In this document: positions 23,359 to 35,264 of the stretch, in pieces
How the letters are laid out: each line of letters starts with the position of its first letter
Numbering within the stretch: the first letter of the stretch is position 1
Assembly (NCBI GenBank): GCA_030141605.1
Contig: JAQGDQ010002369.1
Coordinates: forward strand, 558,001 to 622,000
DNA length: 64,000 bases
Source of the DNA: Tubiluchus corallicola
Lineage: Eukaryota > Animalia > Priapulida
Direction of reading: 5' to 3'
Notes under the pieces: model-generated
Database searches by the model: none
The model's input: the letters and a program-made list of their open reading frames with translations, nothing else
What the model was told of the DNA's origin: nothing
Translations under genes and position numbers: made by a program

Positions 23359-25809
23359 ATGTCATACACTGAAAATGAAGTGATTCTTCCTCGGAATGTC
23401 GAAGAGGAAATGAAAGAGAGCTACTTGCGCTACTCGATGTCGGTCATCATCTCCCGAGCTCTGCCTGATGTGAGAGACGGACTTAAGCCGTCGCAGCGAC
23501 GCATCCTTTTTGCCATGCGACAACTCAACCTCTCTCCCGGCGCCAAACACCGTAAATGTGCGAAAATCTCTGGGGATACTTCCGGGGACTACCACCCTCA
23601 TGGTGAAACAGTCATTTATCCTACTCTGGTCCGGATGGCCCAAGACTGGATGATGCGTTATACCCTGATCAATGGACAGGGTAACTTCGGATCGATCGAT
23701 GGAGATCCTCCTGCCGCGATGCGTTATACGGAAGCAAAACTGACGCATGCTGCCATGGCCTTAATGGAAGACCTCGACAAAGAGACAGTCGATCTAGTGC
23801 CTAACTATGATGAGACGAAAACAGAACCGGTTGTTTTTCCTGCTAAATTCCCAAATCTTCTTTGTAACGGTTCTTCTGGAATTGCCGTCGGAATGGCGAC
23901 AAATATTCCTCCCCATAATTTAAACGAATTGATCCAGGCGACTCTTTTGATTTTGAAAGATCCTATCGTTTCGGTCGATAATATTATGGAAGTCATGCCT
24001 GCTCCTGATTTTCCGACTGGCGGCGTGATTTGCGGATACAGAGGGATCAAGGAAGCCTTCCATACAGGACGGGGCAAGCTACTTCTTCGCGCTGTTACCC
24101 GCACAGAAGAAGATGCTAAAGGAAAACAAACGATCATCGTTGATGAAATCCCTTACAACGTGAACAAGGCGAAGCTGATCGAATCGATCGCGAATCTGGT
24201 TCATGAAAAGACGATTACAGGTATTTCTGACATTCGAGATGATTCCGATAAAGATGGACTTCGCATTGTCATTGAATTGAAACGTGGCGAAATGCCTGAG
24301 GTCGTTCTCAACCAGCTTTATAAATACAGTGATTTCCAGGTGACTTTCGGATGCAATATGCTTGCGCTTGATCGAGGTCTTCCTCGCGTGATGAACGTCA
24401 AGCAGATGATTGCAGCCTGGATCGAGCACCGTATCGATGTCATTCGAAGAAGAACACGATTTGAGCTGAATAAGGCTGAGGCCCGCGCCCACGTATTGGA
24501 AGGATATCTCAAAGCTCTCGATCATCTTGATGAAGTGATCAAACTCATTCGAAATAGCAGCACCAAGGATATCGCAAGAAAGGAATTGATGCTTTCTTAT
24601 GATATGACCGAGCGGCAGGCGAATGCAGTATTAGAGCTTCGCCTCTATCATTTGACAGGACTTGAAAGAGAGAAGATCGAAAATGAATATCAAGAGCTCT
24701 TGAAAAAGATCGCCCACTTAAAAGCGATTTTGGCCAGTGAAGAAATGGTCAAGGACATCATTCGTGAAGAGCTTGAATCTTCAGAAAAACATCATAAATC
24801 TCCACGTAAGACGAAGATCATTGCTGCAGAAGGCGAGTTCCAGATGGAAGATTTAATCGCCGATGAGCAAGTCGTTCTTACCATTTCCAACGATGATTAC
24901 ATCAAACGTATGCCGATCACCCAATTCCGCGAGCAGCGAAGAGGGGGTCACGGCATCATCGGAATGGACATGAAAAAAGAAAGCGACATGCTCAAATCGA
25001 TTTATGTCGCCTCTACACATGACCATCTCCTGATCTTCACAAACTTTGGACGTTGTTATTGGCTCAAAGCTTGGCAGATCCCTGAAACAGGCCGAAGATC
25101 AAAAGGAAGACCATTGGTTAATCTTCTTGAAGATCTGCAGAAAGGGGAGAACATCGCTACGATCCTGAAAGTCAAAAACTTTGAAGACAAAGCATGTATC
25201 CTTTTGACAACACACAAAGGGGTTGTGAAGAAAACAGAACTCTCTGCTTACAGCAACCCAAGAAGAAAAGGTGTGTATGCGATCAACATCGATGATGGAG
25301 ACCGCGTAATGTCTGCAAGATTGGTCAGAGAAGGTCAGCAAATCATGATCTTTACCCGAAATGGTATGGCCGTCCGGTTTGAAGAATCGCTTGCACGCGC
25401 GATTGGAAGGGTAGCCCGCGGTGTAAAAGGGGTCACGCTTCGTGATGAAAACGACCATGTCGTTTCCTGCGTCGTTGTCAACGGAGATGAATCGATCCTC
25501 ATCGTTAGTGAAAATGGCTATGGAAAACGCTCTAAAGTCGATCACTTCAGACAGACCAATCGTGGAGGAGTAGGAGTTCGCTCCATCATCACTTCCAAAC
25601 GAAATGGTTATGTAGTAGGCGCGATCTCAGTTGCTGATGAAGACAGCGTATTCCTGATGTCTTCTTCCGGTCAGGCGATCCGCATCAACATGAAAGATGT
25701 GCGTGTGATGGGAAGATCGACCCAAGGTGTCAGATTATCTCATCTGCGTCCTGAAGATCACCTTGTCGGAATCCAAAAGATCGAAGCGATCAAAGAAGAT
25801 GAGGAGTAG
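23359..25809 (+). CDS. gyrA: DNA gyrase subunit A
   Basis: RALPDVRDGLKP, YHPHG, AAMRYTE, GyrA box QRRGGHG. Confidence 0.99.
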   Translation: MSYTENEVILPRNVEEEMKESYLRYSMSVIISRALPDVRDGLKPSQRRILFAMRQLNLSPGAKHRKCAKISGDTSGDYHPHGETVIYPTLVRMAQDWMMRYTLINGQGNFGSIDGDPPAAMRYTEAKLTHAAMALMEDLDKETVDLVPNYDETKTEPVVFPAKFPNLLCNGSSGIAVGMATNIPPHNLNELIQATLLILKDPIVSVDNIMEVMPAPDFPTGGVICGYRGIKEAFHTGRGKLLLRAVTRTEEDAKGKQTIIVDEIPYNVNKAKLIESIANLVHEKTITGISDIRDDSDKDGLRIVIELKRGEMPEVVLNQLYKYSDFQVTFGCNMLALDRGLPRVMNVKQMIAAWIEHRIDVIRRRTRFELNKAEARAHVLEGYLKALDHLDEVIKLIRNSSTKDIARKELMLSYDMTERQANAVLELRLYHLTGLEREKIENEYQELLKKIAHLKAILASEEMVKDIIREELESSEKHHKSPRKTKIIAAEGEFQMEDLIADEQVVLTISNDDYIKRMPITQFREQRRGGHGIIGMDMKKESDMLKSIYVASTHDHLLIFTNFGRCYWLKAWQIPETGRRSKGRPLVNLLEDLQKGENIATILKVKNFEDKACILLTTHKGVVKKTELSAYSNPRRKGVYAINIDDGDRVMSARLVREGQQIMIFTRNGMAVRFEESLARAIGRVARGVKGVTLRDENDHVVSCVVVNGDESILIVSENGYGKRSKVDHFRQTNRGGVGVRSIITSKRNGYVVGAISVADEDSVFLMSSSGQAIRINMKDVRVMGRSTQGVRLSHLRPEDHLVGIQKIEAIKEDEE

Positions 25810-26444
25810 TGGATCAGGGATTGTTCATCACTTTCGAAGGTGGAGAAGGAGCAGGCAAGACCACTTTAATCGATGAAGTGAGTAAAGCTTTAGCCTCCCG
25901 TGGCCTCGAAGTTCTCAAAACACGAGAACCAGGAGGTACGAAACTAGGTGAGCATATCCGCAATCTTGTTCTTCAGCACAGCGGGGATTATAAACCATCC
26001 CCTTTGACAGAACTCGCTCTGTTTTTAACGTCCCGAGCACAACAAGTTGAAGAGATCATTTTGCCTTCTTTGAAAGAAGGCAAAGTAGTCCTATGTGATC
26101 GGTATAATGATTCTACTTATGCCTATCAGGGAATTGCCAGGGGATTAGGCCTTGAACAGGTAAGACAATTCTGTTCTTTTATCTGCCAGGGAGTGGAGCC
26201 CCATCTTACCCTTTATCTCGATCTCGATCCGGCAATTGGTTTAAAAAGAGCGAAATCTCAGAGCGAATATGACCGCATCGAATCAGAGAAGGTCTCCTTT
26301 CATCAAACAGTACGCAATGCATTTCACCAATTGGCAGAAGAAGAGCCTTATCGACTCTATATATTGAATGCTGAAAAGCCCCCCAAGGCAGTATTCAAAG
26401 AAGCGATGGAAAAGATAGAACCTCTTCTTGAGACAGTAGGATGA
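25809..26444 (+). CDS. tmk: thymidylate kinase
   Basis: FITFEGGEGAGKTT, REPGGT, LCDRY. Confidence 0.97.
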   Translation: MDQGLFITFEGGEGAGKTTLIDEVSKALASRGLEVLKTREPGGTKLGEHIRNLVLQHSGDYKPSPLTELALFLTSRAQQVEEIILPSLKEGKVVLCDRYNDSTYAYQGIARGLGLEQVRQFCSFICQGVEPHLTLYLDLDPAIGLKRAKSQSEYDRIESEKVSFHQTVRNAFHQLAEEEPYRLYILNAEKPPKAVFKEAMEKIEPLLETVG

Positions 26445-27073
26445 TAAAGAAGAATATCTACGATATCAGTCCTGAAATTTCTGAGCATCTTAGTGTTTAT
26501 CCGGGCGATACTCCTTTCTATCTCGAGACCAAAACTGAGGAAATCGCCGATCAAGCCACCTGCTCTATCTCTTCTATGACAACGACTGTGCACATAGGCG
26601 CACATGCCGATGCGCCCAAACATTTCCTACTGAATGGAAAATCGATCGATCAAGTAGATCTCGAACCTTATTTGGGCCCCTGCCAGGTAATGCGCTTCGA
26701 CTTTCCTGTCGGATATGCCATACAGCCAAAAGATCTAGGTGAGATTGAAGCACCCAGGATCCTCTTTTCTACGAACAGTTTTAATCCCGCACGATTCACC
26801 AAAGATTATAATGGTTTATCTGCCGACCTTATCGATTCTCTTTATCGGAAGGGAATCAACCTCGTCGGGATCGATACTCCAAGTCTCGATCCCTATTCCT
26901 CTAAAAGGGCTCTATCCAGCTCATAAGACGGCCTGTGGCTATGATATGGGCGTCCTGGAAGGGTTGCTTCTGGGACCCATGTTCCGGTCGGGATTTATGA
27001 GCTTATAGCCCTCCCTCTCAAAATCTCAGGGTCTGACGGAAGTCCTGTTAGGGCCATTCTAAGAGAGTTTTAG
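26441..27073 (+). pseudogene. kynB: kynurenine formamidase/cyclase family, frameshifted near 26905 and 26975
   Basis: YPGD, HIGAHADAPKH, LVGIDTPSLD; C-terminal motifs VLEGL and YELIALPLKISGSDGSPVRAIL lie in other frames. Confidence 0.8.
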
Positions 27074-27880
27074 CACTAATAATCAACTACTTAGCTCTTT
27101 CCCTCTAAAATAACGCCTTGATGTAAATGTTAAGGAATTGTTAAGATTGTAGTTAAGGGCTGATATAGTTAAATAAAATGAGATAACTAGGGGGTAAGGA
27201 TGATCGCCGATTTAAACGTAATTCAGGCTCTGGAGAGCGAACTCAGAGCTGATGAAGATCAGTATCTAGAATCTTCAGGGAAAACTTCTCTAAAAGAAAA
27301 CACCGATTTGCCATTGAAAGGCTGGTCCGTAGATGGGACTAAAATGAAAGATGGAGGGACTCTTGTAGAGAAAAAGGGGAATACAATCGTTGTTCGTGCA
27401 GGAACAGACGTAAATGGAGGAGATGATACGGGAAGGACGTTCTTCTACCCATCTCAGCTTGGAGTCCACCTGCAACCGGGACAAAGTTACACACTGTCGG
27501 GAAATCTCAATCCTCCCGTCGATATGTCGAACCCTCAAGCGGTTCAAGAGTTCAAAGAGCGGATTTCTATGAACCTTTATGACTCAAACGGTAGGGAAAT
27601 CCCTGCAACGATCACTCTGAGTCCAGACGGTAAATCGTTCACGGCAAAATTCAACATTCCTAAAGGCTTTACACCGCTTAAACTTTCCATCGAAAACTAT
27701 AAGGGAAGCGACTACAGCGTTGGTTTTTCCAACTTGCAGTTCGACGGTGGTTCGGGCCCTTCTAAAACGATTGCTCAGTTGGCCAAAGAACTTTTGAAAG
27801 ATCTCGCTCCTTTGAAGGAAGAGACGAAAAGACTGTTGAAAGAACTTTCTGCGAAAGTGGAAAAATTGAATCAAGAGATC

Positions 27881-27946
27881 GCAGCCTATAACAAGATGCC
27901 CAGCAATACAAAAGCAGCCTATAACAAGATGCCCAGCAATACAAAA
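27881..27946 (+). repeat. 33-bp in-frame tandem duplication (AAYNKMPSNTK x2)
   Basis: GCAGCCTATAACAAGATGCCCAGCAATACAAAA twice, perfect. Confidence 0.95.
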
Positions 27947-28922
27947 GCAGAATATGACGAGAAAGAGCAGGCCTATCAAAAGCTGGAAACAGATGAGCAG
28001 AACCTTCTCATTAACGGCAGAAACAAAGATGAGAAGGCTCTATTAGGTTTCCTTAATTTGGAAAAAGATTTAGGGCGGGTGCCTAAAGATGCTGAGCAGT
28101 CACTCGGAAAAATCGCCCAGTGGATTGTGGACAATAAGGTGATGAAAAAGCTTCCTCCTTATTCTCCACTAGCACCTCCACAATTTCCTCAGAGTCCCCC
28201 GGCAAATGCTGGATCAGGGATGACTGATAAAGAGGAGTGGCAATCGTTGGAGAGCAATCCCGTAGTTATGAATGACATTACGAGCGCTCTGGCTCAATAT
28301 AAGAGTCTATTGGATCAATACAATCAGGGAAAAATCTCTTGGACAGATCTTCAGACAGCACGGAGCAAAATCTTTGATAACTTGAATCAATCGATCAGAA
28401 CGATCATTGGGAATGGTCCTATTTCCAAGGATTACGATTCATCACATCAAACCCAGTATGCTTCACACATTAGCTTCCTGTTAGCAAACATTCTAAAAGA
28501 TAAAAATGTTGCAGCAGCAGGACTACTTCATGCCTCCAAAGCAGCCATCCAATAATCAGTTGAAAGATGGATATGACAAGGGACTAACATTAGATCCCAA
28601 TCAAAAGAACACACAGACCATCAATATGATCAAGGGGCATACTTATCTGGTCTATGGATATGTAGATCCGAATGGTTCCATTACGATTAAAGGAGCAGGT
28701 GTTGGAGATGGTTTTGCACAGTCCACAAACGGAATTTACAACGAGAAAGGAGAGCAAGCGCGATTCTTCTGGGTTACAGCTCAAAAAACAGGCCCCGTCA
28801 CTGTTACTTTAACTGCTTCTAAAGAAGGCTCATCGACTTTTAGGCATATTGGTGTAGAAGATCTGACTGCAAAAGGAATTGATGTATCCACAGCCGCAGG
28901 AAAAGCTGCTGCGATGACAGAA

Positions 28923-29022
28923 GGAGAACAACTCCTTCCTCCGGAGAACAACTCCTTCCTCCGGAGAACAACTCCTTCCTCCGGAGAACAACTCCTTCCT
29001 CCGGAGAACAACTCCTTCCTCC
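28923..29022 (+). repeat. perfect tandem repeat, 5 x 20 bp (GGAGAACAACTCCTTCCTCC)
   Basis: Units start at 28923, 28943, 28963, 28983 and 29003; no spacers. Confidence 0.97.
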
Positions 29023-30515
29023 AATGATGGTAACAGGTTATCAGGCAATCGGGCATTTCCCACAGATCGAGAAAAAACTGGAGACTGGTGACAACCTGCT
29101 CGATGGGGGAATTTCATTCCAAGATAATGTCGATCAATCGCCAGGTGGAACAGCTGGACATCCCTACTGGTATCTACCTCCAGGAGATGGCACAGAAATC
29201 GTCAACGGATTAAACGGAGCACATAATTTGATGCTTCCTCCGGGTGCGAACCCATCGACGAATTCCATGGTTCCGGTTCCAGCAGGTGATTATCAATACA
29301 GCTTTGATGTACCTCCGGGAACAACAGGAAAAGTCCGTATCGACTTTTCTGGATCTGTTCAGAATACCAATGGGAAGATTCCAAAGTCATCTTTCGAAGT
29401 AACGATCCAACCGGGACAGACCCATTACGTAGTCAACATTCCAAAATCAGCCTTTCCACAACCACAAAGTGCACTAGCGAACTATAGACCGAATATTGGA
29501 ATTTACAATGAAGGGAATACCAAAGTACTCGTTGAAAACTCCAAACTCGTTCCAAATCCATCCAATCCATCAGAAGCACAAGGAATCTATGATGCGATCA
29601 ATCGGGTGAATCCGTACAACCCTGACAGTCCATGGTATGGAAAAGATGCTTACAGTAAAAGTTATAACTTTGCGGGTGGAAATGTCGACCAGGACTGGGG
29701 CATCATTACTACAGGTAATGGAATGTTATCGCCAGATCCCAACTTGACAAAAGCGACTGATAAAGGGATCGAGATTTCCAATAAGAGAAATGCAGATGGA
29801 ACGTTCAGCAACGGCGGGATCGAAGGAACCCATATGATCCCTGGAGGAAGAGACTTTAGTATTTCAGTCTCATTTACAGCAAAGACCAGTGATCCAAACT
29901 ATAAACCAACATTAGCCCTATGGACCTATGGTGAAACGCAGAAAGGTTTCGACAACCCGAACACCTATACGATGGGATCTGGTATGGACAAGATCTCCGA
30001 GCTCGATATCGAGTATGGTTCTAATTCGGGAGATGGATCGATCAAAGATGGATCCTATGTCCGAAATGGTTCCTATACCGGGTTTAATGATGGTGGGCAT
30101 AATGAGCATCTTCCACTTAAGCCGGGAACGAGTACGCCAGACTGGTCGAAAGCTCCGGTTAACGTCTGGGATGGAAAGCCCCATACGATGACGCTTAGCG
30201 GAACCTATGATAAAAACGGCGATCTGATTGTTACGAGAGAAATCGATGGTAAACCGATTGGACAGCCACAGAACCTGGGACATATTGTTCTTAGTGATCA
30301 GACAATGAGATTTGGAATTGAGAATCCGACCTGGAACGGAGCATCTCAGGGAAAATCAGCAGCTAGTGCCAGTGTCGATGTCACGAGTGCAAAAGTATTA
30401 GAGGGGCCTCAGCTTTATACACCGCCTTCTCTCGATACGACCGACTGGGCATGGTACGCTTCAGGAAGCAATAGCTACACGCCTTTTCCGGGCAGCGAAC
30501 AATAAATTCGATGAT

Positions 30516-30548
30516 GGGCCGCTTGAAAAAAGCGGCCCTTCTGTTATT
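30516..30548 (+). terminator. intrinsic terminator
   Basis: GGGCCGCTT-loop-AAGCGGCCC followed by TTCTGTTATT, 10 bp after the stop at 30505. Confidence 0.75.
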
Positions 30549-30577
30549 CTGTTTGGGAATCAAATCAAAGGGCCCAA

Positions 30578-31552
30578 ATGGACTTCGATCACATCATCGG
30601 CAATGAACCGATCAAAGCTTCCTTAAAAACTGCTCTGGCCGCGCAAAGCCTTCCCAATACACTTTTATTTGCAGGACCTGACGGGATAGGAAAGGGACTC
30701 TTTGCAACAACTCTGGCTGTATTGTTAATGGGAACTGAGCAAAACAGAGAATTGACCGAACACAAAGTCTCGCAAGGCAATCATCCTGATCTTCATGAGT
30801 ATTTTCCAGAAGGAAAAGCACAAATGCATAGCATACAATCGATGAGGGAACTGATCGGAGAAGTAGGGAAAGCCCCTTTTGAAGGGCGATCGAAAGTGTT
30901 TATCATTCATGATGCAGACCGAATGCTCCCTACCTCGGCTAATGCTCTCTTGAAGACTCTTGAAGAGCCTACATTGGACAGCTATATCATTCTTCTGACG
31001 AGTAGCGCATCGGAACTTCTTCCTACTATTGTATCGAGATGCCGAACATTCAGTTTTTCTCATGTTCCCGAAGATCAGATAGCTTCCTATTTGGCCCAAG
31101 AGCATCAAAAGACGATGGAACAGGCACAGCTGATTGCAAAGATGGCGCATGGCTCGATGGCCAAGGCTATTGAGATGATCCAGCATCCGGAACAGGACGA
31201 GAAACGGCATGTCCTCTTTGAAATATTGAAGAAGGCTCCTATGGGCTATTCCGATCTCCACCAGATCCTGGGACGACTGGAAAGTCTGTATGAAAAGGTC
31301 GGCGAGCGAAAAGAGATCGAGGTTCTTCTTTCCCAGATTCTGATGTGGTATCGGGACCTGCATCTTTTGAATACCGGTGGAGATCCCAAAGGCCTTTATT
31401 TCTCTGAATCGCAAAAAGTCGATCGGCAGTCTCTTTTGCCCATGCCTAAAATCATGAAGGCAGTCGATGAGTCCCGCTTGGGATTTGAGAGGGGACTCAA
31501 ACTGTCCGCCTGTTTTGAGAAACTCTTTTTCGATCTCGGCTTGGTTTTTTAA
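30578..31552 (+). CDS. holB: DNA polymerase III subunit delta'
   Basis: LLFAGPDGIGK, HPD, ANALLKTLEEP, LLPTIVSRC. Confidence 0.93.
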   Translation: MDFDHIIGNEPIKASLKTALAAQSLPNTLLFAGPDGIGKGLFATTLAVLLMGTEQNRELTEHKVSQGNHPDLHEYFPEGKAQMHSIQSMRELIGEVGKAPFEGRSKVFIIHDADRMLPTSANALLKTLEEPTLDSYIILLTSSASELLPTIVSRCRTFSFSHVPEDQIASYLAQEHQKTMEQAQLIAKMAHGSMAKAIEMIQHPEQDEKRHVLFEILKKAPMGYSDLHQILGRLESLYEKVGERKEIEVLLSQILMWYRDLHLLNTGGDPKGLYFSESQKVDRQSLLPMPKIMKAVDESRLGFERGLKLSACFEKLFFDLGLVF

Positions 31553-31601
31553 CCATCAAGTAATATGATCTGCCGCCATTCAATCATCCAGGAGAAGGAA
31601 T

Positions 31602-32027
31602 ATGGGTTTTCAGGTTTATTTTCCTCAGCCCTATCAGATAGGTAGAAGCCTCTTTAACGATCTATCTGTGATCAGTCAGTCAGTAGTCCAAAGGACAGGC
31701 CGGGCTATTAATCTTAGGATCAGCGATCAATTTGGAAGAGCTGAGCCTATTGATGATTTTTGGATCAACGAAGACGGGTTTGAAAGAGTTGAACCTATTG
31801 ATGGCTATTGGGACAGGCCTGGAGCTGAGCCTGTTGATGATCCTGGGATCAGTGAAGAAGTAATCCAACGGGCAGAAGAGGTCTTTAGGAATGGCACGTT
31901 TAAAACGTGCTCCCCCGAAGAGCGTAGGGCTGTCCATCTTGCAGCTGATCGTCTCTATGGACAAATGGATCCTGATGAGTATAAGCAGAGAGCATCCCAA
32001 TGGTTTCTCTTCGTCAGAGGTAGGTGA
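31602..32027 (+). CDS. hypothetical protein with three imperfect (A/V)EP(I/V)D(D/G) repeats
   Basis: GGAGAAGGA RBS; AEPIDD/VEPIDG/AEPVDD. Confidence 0.6.
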   Translation: MGFQVYFPQPYQIGRSLFNDLSVISQSVVQRTGRAINLRISDQFGRAEPIDDFWINEDGFERVEPIDGYWDRPGAEPVDDPGISEEVIQRAEEVFRNGTFKTCSPEERRAVHLAADRLYGQMDPDEYKQRASQWFLFVRGR

Positions 32028-32182
32028 TTTTTTCTCCCCATTTCTCCTCTATAAAAGAGGTAAATTAGCGCATGTGCAAGACAGTCAATAGGTTCCTTTT
32101 AAGGGCTTTTTTCATAGAGAAATAGGGCTTAGCAATAAAGGGGAAAATTGTTAAAATGGAACCTAAGAAGGGGAGGTAACCC

Positions 32183-32287
32183 ATGGCTTTTTTAACAAAA
32201 ATCTTCATAGAGCCCTTAGAGAAATTAGGATTCTTGCTGATTGAAGCTGGTTTCCCTAACGGAGCTTACCCGACCAACCGAGCTTAG
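32183..32287 (+). CDS. candidate 34-aa small protein
   Basis: GGGGAGGT RBS 5 nt before ATG; TAAAAT upstream; [34 protein letters not shown]; 3' end overlaps the nadK stop. Confidence 0.4.
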   Translation: MAFLTKIFIEPLEKLGFLLIEAGFPNGAYPTNRA

Positions 32288-33095
32288 TCCTCAGGGTCGC
32301 GTAGTAATCATGACGTAGGAGGTTCACAAGCTTGAACCTTCTATCGCTTTTTTTCACCCGAAAGATCTGTCCTGTTTTCATCATAAAATGATCAAACCCG
32401 TCGGCTCTCACTTCGATAGGGTCATATTCGTTAAGGTATTGAATCTGAAGCTCATGCTCCGCCGTGAGGACAATGGGGCGGTTTGAGATGGTATGCGGGC
32501 AGATAGGTGTGATTACGAAGGCTTCCAGGTTGGGGCTCAGAATAGGCCCTCCGGCGGCCAGAGAATAAGCCGTGGAGCCGTTCGGAGTAGAAATGATGAT
32601 CCCATCCGCTTTAAAAGTGTTCAGATAGATGCCATCGACGTGAATGGCAAGCTCGATGAGGCTCTGATTGGCAGCTCTATGGAAGACCATGTCATTCACA
32701 GCATGGTAGACATTTCCATCATCCTTAGTCCCTTCAAGCATCAGCCGATTTTCGATCTTGTAAGAGCCTTTGATCAGATTGGTCAGGCTGGGATAGATGT
32801 CTGAAATCGGGATATCTGCCATGAAGCCCAGGTGGCCGAGATTGATGCCGATGATAGCCGCATCGATGTCGCCAAACCGGTAGGAAAGACGGAGGATTGT
32901 TCCATCTCCACCCATGGTAATCAGGAAATTGATGTGCTTCCGATCGATGCTCGACATAGGCTTTGCGCCTATATTCGGGGCTTTTTCATCTTCTGCGACT
33001 ACAATGATACCCTGAGCAGTCAAAAATTCCTGGATCCCCTTGGCAAGATCGAAGGACTGTTTTTTCTTTTCATTGGGAAATAACGCGATGATCAT
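32256..33095 (-). CDS. nadK: NAD kinase
   Basis: [36 protein letters not shown]. Confidence 0.96.
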   Translation of the reverse strand: MIIALFPNEKKKQSFDLAKGIQEFLTAQGIIVVAEDEKAPNIGAKPMSSIDRKHINFLITMGGDGTILRLSYRFGDIDAAIIGINLGHLGFMADIPISDIYPSLTNLIKGSYKIENRLMLEGTKDDGNVYHAVNDMVFHRAANQSLIELAIHVDGIYLNTFKADGIIISTPNGSTAYSLAAGGPILSPNLEAFVITPICPHTISNRPIVLTAEHELQIQYLNEYDPIEVRADGFDHFMMKTGQIFRVKKSDRRFKLVNLLRHDYYATLRTKLGWSGKLR

Positions 33096-34983
33096 TAGCC
33101 GGCTCTTTCTTTAATTCAAACTGATTCAGGATTTCTTTGGCAATAGAAGGAGCGTCTAGACCCAATTCTTTATGAAGATCTTTTCTTGATCCATGTTGAA
33201 CGAAAGCATCAGGGATCCCAAAATTGAGGATATGATTTGTGAAGTGATTCCGGACGCAGAAATGATTGAAAATCATTCCAAGTCCGGCCTGGACCGAGTG
33301 TTCTTCAATCGTCGCTACAAAAGGATGCGTGCTCAAGAGCTCGCAGAAAAGATCGGCATCGAGAGGTTTGATAAAAACAGGATCGACAATCGTCGGATGG
33401 ATATCCTGTTTTTCGAGAATCTTTTTTACTTCGATCGCTGTGTGGTACATATGCCCGAGGGGAATCAATAGAAGATCTTTCCCCTGGCAGAGAACCTCAG
33501 CCCGTCCCAGTTTTCTTTTTTGCACGGGTAGACTAGGCTCTTCAGTAGCCATGTTGGGATACCGGATTGTTACAGGTCTTTCCCAATCGAAGGCACTTTC
33601 CAGCAGTTCTTTCATCACATGGCCGTCACGGGGCTGCGTGATCACCATGTTGGGCATCGAGTTGAGAAAGGCAATTTCATAGATTCCATGGTGAGTCGAT
33701 CCATCTGGGCCTGAGATGAATGCACGATCGAGGGCAAAAACTACAGGAAGTTCCTGCAGGCAGACATCCTGGAAAAGATTATCGAGAGCTCTTTGAATGA
33801 AAGTGGCGTAAACGGAAGCGACAACTTTCATCTTCTTTCCATAGGCGATTCCTCCAGCATAGGTGACAGCGTGTCCTTCAGCGATTCCGACATCGATGCA
33901 TCGTTCAGGGAACTGTTTCATGAAATCAGTCAAACAGGATCCAGCCGGCATGGCAGGGGTAACAGCAACAAGAGAAGGATCGTTCTCGGCCATTTTCAAT
34001 AGCTGTTTTCCGAATATTTTAGGAAAGGTAGGTTTGGGAGACGGACTGGGAAGAAACTTGCCGCTACAGAGATCGAAAGGTTTGACTCCATGATAGGGAG
34101 TAGGATTTTGAATAGCGATAGGCATGCCCTTTCCCTTGACTGTCATGACATGGACCAGGACTGGGCTTTGGGTATCTTTTAGAGCTGTAAAGGTGTCGAT
34201 GAGCTTTTTGATGTCATGGCCATCGATAGGGCCGACATAAGTAAGTCCAAATTCTTCAAAGAAGGGGGCAGGACTGACGAGATTTTTCATCGATTCGGTG
34301 ATTTTTTGTCCCCCTTCAGCAAGAAGTCGGCCAGCTCCTGGAATTTTAGAAACTAATGTTTGGAGTTCTTTGTAGACCTTGTTCGAAATAGGATTGGAAA
34401 GAAGGCGGCTGAGCACGTTCTTGATATTGCCGACATTTTCTGAGATCGACATTTCGTTATCATTGAGGACACAGATGAAACGTGACAGATCTTTGGGAAC
34501 ATTATTGAGGGCTTCTAAAGTGAGACCGCATGTCAGAGTGGCATCGCCCAAAATAGGCAGGACGTGCTCGCTTCTCCCTGAGAGGTCCCTGTTTTTTGCG
34601 ACCCCGAGAGCAAGAGAGAATGCTGTGCCCGCATGGCCGGCAAAGAAATGGTCGTGTTCCGACTCTTTGGGATGGCAAAATCCACAGAGGCCTTTGTACT
34701 GCCGGATTTGTTCAAATCGGTCATTTCTTCCTGTCAGGAGTTTGTGGGGGTAGCTTTGATGGCTGACATCGAAAATGAACTTATCCTTCGGAGAATCGAA
34801 AACATAATGAAGAGCGAGGGTTAATTCGACGATTCCCAGATTCGAGGAAAGATGCCCTCCATTGACTGAAAGGACTTCGATGATTCTTTGGCGGATTTCT
34901 TCTGCGAGCTTGAGCAGCTGTTTTAGATCAAGCTCGTTAACGTCCGCAGGTTGCTGGATTTGGCTTAGAATAGGAAACCGCAT
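33070..34983 (-). CDS. dxs: 1-deoxy-D-xylulose-5-phosphate synthase
   Basis: [46 protein letters not shown]. Confidence 0.97.
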   Translation of the reverse strand: MRFPILSQIQQPADVNELDLKQLLKLAEEIRQRIIEVLSVNGGHLSSNLGIVELTLALHYVFDSPKDKFIFDVSHQSYPHKLLTGRNDRFEQIRQYKGLCGFCHPKESEHDHFFAGHAGTAFSLALGVAKNRDLSGRSEHVLPILGDATLTCGLTLEALNNVPKDLSRFICVLNDNEMSISENVGNIKNVLSRLLSNPISNKVYKELQTLVSKIPGAGRLLAEGGQKITESMKNLVSPAPFFEEFGLTYVGPIDGHDIKKLIDTFTALKDTQSPVLVHVMTVKGKGMPIAIQNPTPYHGVKPFDLCSGKFLPSPSPKPTFPKIFGKQLLKMAENDPSLVAVTPAMPAGSCLTDFMKQFPERCIDVGIAEGHAVTYAGGIAYGKKMKVVASVYATFIQRALDNLFQDVCLQELPVVFALDRAFISGPDGSTHHGIYEIAFLNSMPNMVITQPRDGHVMKELLESAFDWERPVTIRYPNMATEEPSLPVQKRKLGRAEVLCQGKDLLLIPLGHMYHTAIEVKKILEKQDIHPTIVDPVFIKPLDADLFCELLSTHPFVATIEEHSVQAGLGMIFNHFCVRNHFTNHILNFGIPDAFVQHGSRKDLHKELGLDAPSIAKEILNQFELKKEPANDHRVISQ

Positions 34984-35264
34984 TAAAAGGGTGCTTCCCC
35001 ACCAGTCTCAGCTCCATGCCGGGGCATAAAAGGTTCGGTCTTCGGTTTTTGATCTTCAGTAAGGTTTAATTCTTTAGCTCTGTTTTTGAGGAGCTGTTCA
35101 ATTTTTTGCTCTGCATTGGTCAAACGCTTGCTGCACTTGACGATCAGTTGATCTGCCTCTTCAAAAAGCTTGAGAGAATCTTCCAGTGAGATGGTCTGAG
35201 AATTCATCTCTTCCAGAATTTTTTCTAAGCGATCAAATGATGTTTCAAATGTTTGTTCTTCCAT
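34983..35264 (-). CDS. xseB: exodeoxyribonuclease VII small subunit
   Basis: FE....LE.I...M....ISLEDSL..FEE....L..AEQKI. Confidence 0.93.
   Translation of the reverse strand: MEEQTFETSFDRLEKILEEMNSQTISLEDSLKLFEEADQLIVKCSKRLTNAEQKIEQLLKNRAKELNLTEDQKPKTEPFMPRHGAETGGEAPF

Larger units (their letters stand above)
27200..30505 (+). pseudogene. large modular GH16 glycoside hydrolase with carbohydrate-binding-like beta domains, split into three ORFs (27200-28555, 28506-29027, 29024-30505)
   Basis: LALWTY...SELDIEYG matches the GH16 ExDxE motif; removing one A from A5 (28502-28506) and one 20-bp unit gives a single ~1,094-aa frame; one promoter/RBS and one terminator. Confidence 0.65.

Noticed and set aside
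28923-29022. Possible CRISPR array
   Set aside because: Units are head-to-tail with no spacers and there are no cas genes; it is a tandem repeat.
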